DNA of 63,582 nt, filler included, from Stramenopiles sp. TOSAG23-2 (Eukaryota), in assembly GCA_900128395.1 (NCBI GenBank). It is 20 parts of 20 records of this genome, joined end to end, with 100 filler letters (N's around TTAATTAATTAA, not from the genome) between each part and the next. Parts side by side here need not be neighbours in the genome. Positions count along the whole stretch, not along the records: positions 25,608 to 28,694 come from LT651375.1; positions 28,795 to 31,878 come from LT651376.1; positions 31,979 to 35,060 come from LT651377.1; positions 35,161 to 38,237 come from LT651378.1; 16 more parts are not named here. One strand, written 5' to 3'. This document shows positions 25,827-35,948 of this stretch, in pieces. The stretch's first letter is position 1. Each line of letters starts with the position of its first letter. The notes under the pieces were generated by a model. That model made no database searches. It was given only the letters and a program-made list of their open reading frames with translations, and had not been told where the DNA came from. The translations under genes and the position numbers were made by a program.

Positions 25827-26843
25827 TTAAAATCGTTTCTTTTTTCTTTTACGGAATGTTCTGTTTTTATTCATTTCATCATCGTCATCACCTTTTGATC
25901 CACATAAACCAAAACATCCACATAAACAATTGCAACAATAACAACATGTGCCTAAATATAATAGTTTAAATGTAGCTGGAATTGCTAAATAAAAACATCC
26001 ACATAAACAATTGCAACAATAACAACATGTGCCTAAATATAATAGTTTAAATGTAGCTGGAATTGCTAAATAAAAACCAGCATAAAAAATAATAGCAAAG
26101 ATGACTGTAAATAAAAACAAATCCACTATATATGCAGCACCTTCATTTGAGATATTATCTTGATTTGATAAAAATTCAATCAATTGTTGACGATAATACA
26201 TAAACAAATATTGAACTTTATCAGACATCGTTTCCATCCAACTTTTTGTTTTTTCCATGTAAGATTTTGCCATAGGTGCATATTTTTTAGCATGTGGTTC
26301 GACAAATTCCTCTGCATTTTTTTTTAATTGTTCAACTGCAGGTTTTAATGTTTCCTCATATGCTTCTGCAGTTTGTTCTTTTATATTCTCAAAATATTCT
26401 TGTGTTGTCTCACTAGCATCTTTCAAAGTTTTTGTTGTCATATCAGCAACTTCAGTTGCTTTATCACCAACGTATTTTACATATTCACCCATGGAATTTT
26501 TATTTTCTTTTAAACGTTTTACTTCTGCTCGTAAACTATCTTCAATTTCAGCTGCTGCTTCAATTGTTTTTTGATGCTTTTCTTCTTGTTCATCCAATTT
26601 CTTCTCATATTCCTCTTTCACAATATCTTCCCTAACACGTTTTGTTTCGCTATTGCTACCACTATTACTTGCTGCGTTAGTATTATTGATAATAACTAAT
26701 GCTAATATTAACGTTATGAAAATTAATTTGTTCATTTTTTTATTTTGTTTTGTTTCGCTATTGCTACCACTATTACTTGCTGCGTTAGTATTATTGATTA
26801 CAACTAATGCTAATATTAACGTTATGAAAATTAATTTGTTCAT
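25827..26843 (-). CDS. Signal-peptide, coiled-coil/apolipoprotein-like membrane protein with Cys-rich tail
   Basis: Signal peptide MNKLIFITLILALV (duplicated), amphipathic helical repeats, TM, CCYCCNCLCGC (duplicated), basic C-terminus. Confidence 0.7.
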   Translation of the reverse strand: MNKLIFITLILALVVINNTNAASNSGSNSETKQNKKMNKLIFITLILALVIINNTNAASNSGSNSETKRVREDIVKEEYEKKLDEQEEKHQKTIEAAAEIEDSLRAEVKRLKENKNSMGEYVKYVGDKATEVADMTTKTLKDASETTQEYFENIKEQTAEAYEETLKPAVEQLKKNAEEFVEPHAKKYAPMAKSYMEKTKSWMETMSDKVQYLFMYYRQQLIEFLSNQDNISNEGAAYIVDLFLFTVIFAIIFYAGFYLAIPATFKLLYLGTCCYCCNCLCGCFYLAIPATFKLLYLGTCCYCCNCLCGCFGLCGSKGDDDDEMNKNRTFRKRKKKRF

Positions 26844-27225
26844 TTTTTTATTTTTATATATATATATGGTCCTCAAATCTGTTTATATGTATGAAATATT
26901 ATCTCTGTTTTTATACTAGAATGATGTATGTATGTATGTATATATATAACTGAATATTCTTGATCGATTAGTATTTTATAGGCAATGAATATATATATAT
27001 AAAACAATATATATATATACGACGATACCCCTCACCAACAAGCAACAATATATATTTATCATGATTGATATTGAATTGTGTGTGAGTGGCGGCAACAGTG
27101 ATGATTTTTTTTTGTTTTTAGACGATTTGTGGTGGTGGCATTTAGTCCCCAGAGCACTAATTTCTTGCTATTTATATGCTATGATCAAATTTAATGCTAT
27201 TTATATATTAATTTTATAACTAAAC

Positions 27226-27774
27226 CTAATTTGTGTCTCTCTCTTGCATGACTATATATATAATAAATAAAATTAATTGCAACATATGTTGCAACCAATA
27301 CATCATCAAGGATATTGTATATCCTTTTTGCTTTAATTGGTGGTTTTCAATATGAGATTTGCTGTCAAAAATTCCAGCCTCCAATTGCATTGGGTCACCT
27401 GCAAATACAACATGGTTTGGTTTCATTATTTTAATGTATTATCTAGTCGCAATGGCCTCTATATCTTTCTGTCAAATTTCTATATCTTTCTGTTTCATTA
27501 TTTTAATGCAGCTAATAGTTGTGCCAGCTGGAGCATTGCCACCTTCATCAACTACTAGAAGATCAACATCTTGTTCTACCTCCTCTAATCTCTTCATCAG
27601 TTTCCGACCAAAACTACTAGTTGATGTATCTAATGTCATCAACAACACAACAGAATTGTGGTTGGCATCAATAAAATCAAGAATACAACCAAGCTGTTGG
27701 TCCCATCCTACAGTGTACCAAATGTCCTTGTTAATTTGTTTTTCAATCATATTATTAATATGATATTGTTTCAA
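27226..27774 (-). pseudogene. Degraded superfamily-1 (Upf1/DNA2-like) helicase fragment
   Basis: Walker B DLLVVDEGG and motif III VVFAGDPMQL are in the same frame, separated by a 72-bp stop-containing insertion. Confidence 0.65.
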
Positions 27775-28849
27775 ATTCCCATGTTTTTTATGTATCTAAT
27801 AATGGTATCTAGAGAACACAAGCATTCAAATCTACTGCCAATAAGGTGTATAATCAAACTCATCATTTTGTTGTTGTTCCTTTGTCCTCTTATTTATTAT
27901 ATAGTCTGTAAAAGAATTTTAAAAAAAAAGGTGGTAGTGTTGTAAATGAACAAATCTTTTGGAACTAGTTTTGTTAAAATAGCCTGTAAAAGAATAGGTA
28001 TGGATGTAATGGAAATAATTGAATGATCTTTTGCAACTATAAATAATATAGTCCGTAAAAGAATATTATTTACAGCATACAATTCCGGTCCATTAAAAAT
28101 GTTAGATGAATGGTTCATGTTGCTTGGTAAACCACTCCAGGACATTAAGAAGGAGTTTCCTGTGACAAAAATGATTGATTATATGCAATATATTTGGAAT
28201 GATATTGCTGTCCAAATCTTAACTTGTTACCAATTCACCTATCCAGAATGGCAACAGCCATTGCAACAAATATACGATCGAAAACCAACAAAATTTGATG
28301 TTGAAAATCATCTGTGCAATTTATGATGGGGTTACAACCCTTTTGGTACAATTTCATTTTTAACATTGCATGATAAAAATGGATAATATTTATTAAAAAG
28401 TGTTATAATGAACTAGATTTTGTTAAATTACATTCTTCTTCCTTCATTCATGTTCCCCAATAGGGTTTTTCACAAATAGCATAGAAATAGCATTAATGAA
28501 ATTAAACAATTTCAAAAAAGAAGGAAATTAGCATTAGTGGAAAAGGAAAGAAAGTTAAATGATGTCCAGTAAAGTAGTGCTCCAATTCAAATATTTTTTG
28601 CTGGTTAATTTGCATTATTTATGTGCAAGGCACAGTGTATTGATACATATATAAATTCTATGTACAAAACGCAAATATACTTTTTCAAATAAAANNNNNN
28701 NNNNNNNNNNNNNNNNNNNNNNNNNNNNNNNNNNNNNNTTAATTAATTAANNNNNNNNNNNNNNNNNNNNNNNNNNNNNNNNNNNNNNNNNNNNAAAGCA
28801 GATGTACGACGTGAAGCATCATTACGTGATATATTTAATCGTACGGTTG

Positions 28850-29967
28850 TAGTAGCAGAAGTAAATGAACCAAATAGTAAATTATTACCATACCTTGGAA
28901 GAGGGAAAGGACATGAAGAGTGTGATATGGTGTATCAATTTGCTTCATATGCAATGGCAACACATGCAGTTTTACGTGAGAGTAGTGAATGGTATCGTAG
29001 TTTAGTAAATATATCAGCACAATTTCGTGGTTGTCAATATGTTACCTTACTTGGTAGTCATGATGGAATGGCAATGAAACAAGCAGGTGAATTGTTACCA
29101 AGTGATGAACTTTCATGGCTTGGAATGAAACTTAGTGATGCACCACGTAATTGTTTAGTGAATTATGCAACTAAACCTGGAGGTAAGAAAATAGTGTATG
29201 AATGTTGCGGTACACCATGGGCTATTATCAACGGGGATGGGGAAATGAAAGATGATACAATGGATTCAAGAGTGATGAAACTTGCACGTTATCTTGCAGT
29301 CGTAGGAGCTGGTCTTTCATTACGAGGTATGCCTGCAATTTATTTCAATGGATTGTTATGTTCTAGCAATTTCCGTCCAAATGAAGGTCTTGATGAAAAT
29401 AGAACTATTTTACGACAACGAATTGATCCAACACAACTTCAATCGTTAACTGAACATGGAACATATGGTAATCAAGGAATCAAAGGTATTATGTATCTAT
29501 TTAAAATGTTAAATCATCCAGATGTGAAAACACATTTCATGTCATCTGCACCAGATCCAATACCACTTGTTGCACAAACTCATGATGGTACTAGGGAAAA
29601 AAACGAGAAAGTACTTTGTGTTCGTTTAGATGATAGTAGTAGTAGTAGTAGTAATAATAATAATAATAATGTTGCTGTTTCTACCACTTTGTTACTTGTT
29701 GTAAATATGAGTACAACACAACAAAAAGTAATACTTTCCAATACATTATTGTTTAATGATGATATGATGCAACAACAGCAACAAATGATTGCTCGAGATA
29801 TTTTAAAATTGGATGAAGAAATGTTTATTGGTGATGATGATAATGATAAGAAACGTTCTAATACAGTTTCGTTTGATGCAAACAATTCATCTATTGTGAT
29901 TGATGTAGCACCATACGGACAAATGTGGATCAAAGTTGAGAAAGGAAATAGTAAAAATGATTTGTAA
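28850..29967 (+). CDS. GH13_18 sucrose/glucosylglycerate phosphorylase-like enzyme, 5'-partial
   Basis: VVAEVNEP (acid/base Glu), EECDMVYQF, LGSHDG, YE, LSLRGMPAIYFNGLL and ENRTILR. The first 55 nt of the contig are chimeric. Confidence 0.8.
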
Positions 29968-30311
29968 AAATTTAAAAAATTAGTGGAGAAGAGTTGGGAG
30001 ATAGAAAAAGTTTTCCCAAAAACATTTGTACCACATACCACATCCTCTTGTATTTTACGCGTAATTAGAATTTTTAATACCCTTCTCGTATTTTTTGTTT
30101 TTTAAAAATATGTACAATATACGTTTTTAAACTAAAAACATTTTTATAAAAAATATTCGTACGAACTTCGTACTCGAACTCGTATTTTTTTTTGCTTTCC
30201 CGCTTTCCTCCCTTTTATGTTTTTTTATGTTTTATACACAATACACACTATGTAACACACCACATTTTATATACTCGCATCATTATTACAACATTTTCTC
30301 ACAACAAATTA

Positions 30312-31820
30312 TTATTCGTTGACCGATGATGTAATATGATTATGTAAATCATTATCTAATAATGATTCTTCTTGATCTTCCATAAATGAACCACCACGAC
30401 TATGTTTTGTACTTCGTTTGGAGTTGGAACCAAAAATATAATCTGGTTTTACAGTAGACCAATCCGTTTCATATAACATATTTAAAAATCCATTTGCTAA
30501 AATGGCACTTAAAAATGATACACCAGCATAAAAACTCCATACCCAAAACCAACCAAGGTATTCCACCATAGGTGTTAACACGGCAACGAAAAAGAGACTA
30601 CCAAATGCATATCCAACAATATCCATCAATGCAGATACAGTTGCAGTATCTTCTTTTCCAATTTTCACGACAAAAATACCAATTGGTATATAATATGCTA
30701 AACCAACACCAGTAGCAAATATAACGACTAAACCACCACGAAATACTAACATGGCAGCACTATTTGTTACATGTACACCAACAATAACTAATGCAACACC
30801 AGCACCAGTACTCATTAATAAAAGTGTTAATACCAACCCTTTTTTTTTTATATTTGATATCGAATTATATAAATAACCACCACCAAAGATACCAATTAAT
30901 AAACCACATTGAAAAATAGTACCAAGCCAAGATGCAATACCAGTATTTACTAATTTTGGATCGGATGTATTTAAAAAATACACCGGAATCAATTGTCCAC
31001 TTTTTTTCAAAACAGTTAATAACATATATACACCAACTGCTTGCCAATATCGTTTTCTACATAAAATATCAACCGTACGATTAAATATATCACGTAATGA
31101 TGCTTCACGTCGTACATCTGCTTTTTGATGTGAATCACGATGTTGCGAGGATAAGACAGCACCAACAATACATAATGCAGCTGCTAAACGTGCAACCCAT
31201 CTCCATGATATACCAACATACAAGATAGAACCATACATCAATTTACCAACCATATCACTACTACGTGAGGATAATGAAATGGTTTGTATACCTTTTCCTA
31301 ACATATTTGATCCAAAATGTCCACGTACAATTTCATTATGCGATGGCCATGCACTACCTGCACTGAATTCAATGAAAAATTGCACAATGGCAATCGTCCC
31401 AACACTATTGCATATCGATAATGTACTACATAACAAACCTAATGTTAATATTAAAAACAAATATGTTTTTCTAGCACCAAATCTTGCTACTAAATATCCT
31501 GGTAATATTTTACCTAATCCAGTACCAGCAGTTGCAACACCAATAACAAAAAAAGAGGAACTTTGATCAAAACCAGGAACATCTTTTTGCATAGCTGGAT
31601 AACTTGTTAATGGGGAGGATATGGCAAAAATAACACATGCATATGTTGTAAAAATCAATGCTTTTCTTGCAAATGTTGGTTCAAAATTTTCAGGTAATAA
31701 CATGGTTGAATTGTTATCGTTGTTTTTTTCATCTTCTTCTTCGTTGTTATAATTTATTATTTCTTCTTCTTCTAGTGAATTATTTCCATCACTACGGTTT
31801 GAAAAACTTGACATTTCCAT
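30312..31820 (-). CDS. MFS transporter, OPA/SLC37 (sugar-phosphate)-like
   Basis: About 12 hydrophobic segments; GKILPGYLVARFGARK (motif A), AWP, SWRW and TATVSALMDIVGY. Confidence 0.8.
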   Translation of the reverse strand: MEMSSFSNRSDGNNSLEEEEIINYNNEEEDEKNNDNNSTMLLPENFEPTFARKALIFTTYACVIFAISSPLTSYPAMQKDVPGFDQSSSFFVIGVATAGTGLGKILPGYLVARFGARKTYLFLILTLGLLCSTLSICNSVGTIAIVQFFIEFSAGSAWPSHNEIVRGHFGSNMLGKGIQTISLSSRSSDMVGKLMYGSILYVGISWRWVARLAAALCIVGAVLSSQHRDSHQKADVRREASLRDIFNRTVDILCRKRYWQAVGVYMLLTVLKKSGQLIPVYFLNTSDPKLVNTGIASWLGTIFQCGLLIGIFGGGYLYNSISNIKKKGLVLTLLLMSTGAGVALVIVGVHVTNSAAMLVFRGGLVVIFATGVGLAYYIPIGIFVVKIGKEDTATVSALMDIVGYAFGSLFFVAVLTPMVEYLGWFWVWSFYAGVSFLSAILANGFLNMLYETDWSTVKPDYIFGSNSKRSTKHSRGGSFMEDQEESLLDNDLHNHITSSVNE

Positions 31821-32757
31821 TCGTATATAGGACGTGGTGATACATTTGGCGAAGCTGCATTGATGATAAATATGATGTNNNNNNNNNNNNNNNNNNNNNN
31901 NNNNNNNNNNNNNNNNNNNNNNTTAATTAATTAANNNNNNNNNNNNNNNNNNNNNNNNNNNNNNNNNNNNNNNNNNNNGTAATTTTGTATATTTATATAT
32001 ATATAAATAGACCGGTGTTTTGTGTGTGGATGTGTGGTTGTTGTGTGGATGTGGAGAGTAGATTGTGGATGTGGAGTGTATTACTGTATGATGTGTAGAG
32101 AGGAGCATAATGATGTGTATATAGATTCAATTAATAAAAATTTGCGCTGCGATGGTTTAAAAGTATAATATTAGTATACTATATTTGTAAGGGTTGATAG
32201 GGAAATGTGTAGAAATACCTCGAAAGTGAGCTATTCCTATCCTAATATTTTCGGCCCATTGGTACCGATTTAATAATCTGCCGGGCAAGCATTTCAGAAG
32301 AAAAATAATAGTGTGGTTTTTGTTTTTTTTTTTTTTGCTAAAAAACCTGTGGTGCTGTGATAGAGACAGTTATTCAAATTTTTTAACTTTGTTTATTATT
32401 AACTTATTACAAAATATTATACTTAGTAGTATACAAACATATTTAAACAAACGATGTTTAGAGGCACATACCATTAAATGTGTTGTAACAATTTTTTCCA
32501 TTAACATGGTTATACCATTACGACATCCAATACACACGGATGCTCCAGTTCATTTTATTTCATTTTTCTCAACGCAGGATTTTTAGCACCTATCTAATTT
32601 ACAAGGTACATACCATTAAATTCATTGAAAAAAAAAAATATATATATACTATATACAAATACCAAAAGAGGAACAGATCAATACAAGGAAACAAAAACAA
32701 AAAATTAAACACTTAAAGATTTAACAAAGAAACAACAACAAAGACGATAATTTAATC

Positions 32758-34011
32758 ATGCCAAAATTCATTAAAAATGATAAAATACATAACCCTGCAC
32801 TAAAAAGATGCAGATGTGCAACTTGTTTACACAAAAGTAAGATGGGAAGATATAAAAGAAACAATGCAGCTAAAAAGAAAAAAAGAGCACAGAAGAAGAA
32901 GAAGAAGATCATGAAGATAGACAGATCGATTTCATTCGGCAAAAATGGACTACGCTCGGAGAGGACGAAAAATTTGAGCAGCGTTATGACGGGAAAAAAT
33001 TGCGACTTGATCGAACGTGAATTAGAGCAGGTGTATGATCATATTGGTGCAAAAAAAAACCGCTCTATCGAAATCAATGGAAACAAAATCATTTCGAAAT
33101 TCATAACCGTAGATTTAAATGCTGGTTTGAATCTTGGCTTCATGCCAACCAGTAGAATTTTACAGGAAGGATACGTTCCATTCGACAAATACTGCCACGG
33201 CAATGCAAAAGGGGTAAAAGTCTATTCGTACGAGGACTTGCTCACGGTACGAGGAAAAGCAAATGTTGTAATGTCGGATCCGCCATATGGTATGAAAAGT
33301 GGCGGACATACCTTATGGAATGTTAATGATTACCTCAAAAATAAATCGTTCATTAACATGGACAATCGTTTTGGGGTAAATATTTCCATGAAGGTGGCGG
33401 AGGTACAACATTTCTATGACTTAGCTTTTCAACGCGCTTGTCAATTGTTGGATGCTGGTGGATATTTTTTCGTTAAATGTCAAAATTCACCAAGCCAAAA
33501 GTTCCATGCAAGTGGTTATGTTGCATACTTGGCGAAGCAGTATGACTTTGAGTATGTGGGCTCAAGAGTTTTGGTAACGCCAACAAAAAATACCAAACAA
33601 AAAAACCCAAAAATACAAAACAATTTTTCTTGTTTGGAAATTTTTAAAAAATCGAAAAAAACGAAAAATAATACTGTTACGAAGAGTATAATTGAGACGG
33701 CAGTGGAACAAGCTCAGAACCAGACGAGGTTGGAGCAGGAAAAGAAGAAAGAATTCGCAATGTTACTCGCAAAGGTAATTACATCCAATGTAATAAGTGA
33801 TGGGATAATTGATGAAAAGAAACGAAAAGAAATTTTCGATATTGTTTCATCTGTGAAAAAAGACAATAAGTTTGTTTATAAAAAATCGTATGAGAAGTTT
33901 AGTCATACAATTGATCAAACAAGAATAATGATGGATGAAGAGAAAGAGAAAACGAAAGAAAATTTGAATCAAGGTAAAATTACACAATTTTTTTTGAGTC
34001 GTACGAAGTAA
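32758..34011 (+). CDS. Putative N6-adenine/N4-cytosine DNA methyltransferase (DPPY), prokaryote/phage-like
   Basis: VDLNAG (degenerate motif I), VVMSDPPY (motif IV), RACQLLDAGGYFFVKCQN; basic N-terminus with CRCATC. Confidence 0.72.
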   Translation: MPKFIKNDKIHNPALKRCRCATCLHKSKMGRYKRNNAAKKKKRAQKKKKKIMKIDRSISFGKNGLRSERTKNLSSVMTGKNCDLIERELEQVYDHIGAKKNRSIEINGNKIISKFITVDLNAGLNLGFMPTSRILQEGYVPFDKYCHGNAKGVKVYSYEDLLTVRGKANVVMSDPPYGMKSGGHTLWNVNDYLKNKSFINMDNRFGVNISMKVAEVQHFYDLAFQRACQLLDAGGYFFVKCQNSPSQKFHASGYVAYLAKQYDFEYVGSRVLVTPTKNTKQKNPKIQNNFSCLEIFKKSKKTKNNTVTKSIIETAVEQAQNQTRLEQEKKKEFAMLLAKVITSNVISDGIIDEKKRKEIFDIVSSVKKDNKFVYKKSYEKFSHTIDQTRIMMDEEKEKTKENLNQGKITQFFLSRTK

Positions 34012-34060
34012 AATTATTATACGAGTATTTAACTTTAAAATTTTGTATATATATATCATA

Positions 34061-34318
34061 TCTTTTTCTTCATCTTTTTCTTCATCTTTTTCTTCATCTT
34101 TTTCTTCATCTTTTTCTTCATCTTTTTCTTCATCTTTTTCTTCATCTTTTTCTTCATCTTTTTCTTCATCTTTTTCTTCATCTTTTTCTTCATCTTTTTC
34201 TTCATCTTTTTCTTCATCTTTTTCTTCATCTTTTTTCTTCATCTTTTTTCTTCATCTTTTTCTTCATCTTTTTCTTCATCTTTTTTCTTCATCTTTTTCT
34301 TCATCTTTTTCTTCATCA
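34061..34318. repeat. 12-bp minisatellite (tttttcttcatc)n, about 21 copies
   Basis: Directly visible near-perfect array, with a few 13-bp units at the right end. Confidence 0.97.
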
Positions 34319-34329
34319 TTTCCTTCTGG

Positions 34330-34533
34330 TTACTCCACATCAACACCTCTTTTACGTTCCCCCATCATCGAATTTAATATCATACGTTCCATTATCGTTT
34401 ACACGTGTTACTTCGCCACCATAATATTTCGTCGATCCATTTACTTTTGCTTCTACACGATCTCCTTTATTATAGGATTTGCTGCTGCTGCTGCTGCTAC
34501 TACTGCCACTGGATCTTTTATTTTTCGATCGAT
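34330..34533 (-). pseudogene. Orphan Tudor/Agenet-like domain fragment (absent from the ORF track)
   Basis: Minus frame reads RSSGSSSSSSSSKSYNKGDRVEAKVNGSTKYYGGEVTRVNDNGTYDIKFDDGERKRGVDVE*. An in-frame TGA lies just upstream. Confidence 0.7.
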
Positions 34534-34574
34534 ATCACATGCACTTTCTCTCTCTCTCTCTCTCTCTGTCTGTT

Positions 34575-35060
34575 TTAATGGTTTAAATCACCATTACCTT
34601 CTCCTACTGGATTACCATTTTCATTTCCTATTCCACCTTTTGAACGTAAAAGTGCAATGATTTCTTGGCGAAGTGTGCTGTCATTAGCAAAGGCAAAGTC
34701 CAGCGGTGTATAATCACCGCTGGACTCTACCTTATTAATACTGTCAAGAGACATATGCGTTAACAACAACTCAATCAACTCAGTATTCGTACTGTTATGA
34801 TATGCTGCTAAATGTAATGCATTCGATCCATGGCTATTTGCAATATTAGGATCAGCTTCACCATGTTCAATTAAAAATTGAACTACGTGGAAATGTTCGT
34901 TGTATGCAGCTGTCATTAAAGGTGTCCATTCATTACCATTACTATCTCTACCGACTTGATTCACCATATCTTTTAATGTCATATCATCTCTGTAGCCATT
35001 CACACCACGATTAGTAATATACTTGTGAAAAGGATGAAGATTCACAAATAATTGTACATC
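34575..35060 (-). CDS. Ankyrin-repeat protein, 5'-partial
   Basis: WTPLMTAA...GEADPNIANSHGSNALHLAA...YTPLDFA. Confidence 0.9.
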   Translation of the reverse strand, partial: DVQLFVNLHPFHKYITNRGVNGYRDDMTLKDMVNQVGRDSNGNEWTPLMTAAYNEHFHVVQFLIEHGEADPNIANSHGSNALHLAAYHNSTNTELIELLLTHMSLDSINKVESSGDYTPLDFAFANDSTLRQEIIALLRSKGGIGNENGNPVGEGNGDLNH

Positions 35061-35948
35061 NNNNNNNNNNNNNNNNNNNNNNNNNNNNNNNNNNNNNNNN
35101 NNNNTTAATTAATTAANNNNNNNNNNNNNNNNNNNNNNNNNNNNNNNNNNNNNNNNNNNNTTGAAAAGACCAGATAACAGCCGCCTACGCGGCACTTGTC
35201 CGGTTAGGGGATATATTTGTAGTAAAAAATAATAATAATAATAAAAGGCAAGCCCGGCAAGCCTGGCAAGAGGTGCTACAAGAAGGGTATCGCTATGTCT
35301 ATGTTGCATGCTAAGGGCATGCTATATATTATATAGTGGTTCAAAGCCTTATAGGCAAGATGAAATATTATTGAAAGATATTTTGCTTGTACTCGTATGA
35401 TGTACCAGATAGTCTATAATACTATCTCGTATCTCGTATCTCGTATCTGTACAGTACGTGCGTATAATACCGCCGCCATAGTTTACTACATCATACAGAA
35501 TAGTTCGTATGGCAGTATTACCCAGGTTTAGTATGTAATAATCTACTCGGTCCCTTCACACTAATGGTGTCTCCTCTAGTCTATACTGTCGTCTGCTTCA
35601 CTCCTTTTAAAATGGAGCAAGCTGGCAAGCCGGCAAGCTGGCAAGCCAGCCCTAAGGCCAGGCAAGGAGCGTAGCGACGTATATAGAGTAATAATCGGCA
35701 CCACAATTATTTGAATATTAGACGTATATCGATACAGGTATGTGCGTATGTGCGTATTAGTTTGGAAATGTAAGTCGTTTTCAGTCGTTCAGAAGTTCAA
35801 ATATATATAAATATATTAGCAGTGCAATAATACTATCGATACGAGAGTACATCCCTTTAGAAGATACTATTACTATTATTATTATCATCATATTGTTAAG
35901 ACACAAAAAAATCTATTGAATACAAAGAAGACGAAGAAAAGAAACAAG

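Noticed and set aside
33847-34660. ORFs 33847-34242 (DEEK repeat) and 34043-34660 (FSSS repeat)
   Set aside because: They are translations of a stop-free 12-bp minisatellite and overlap real genes.
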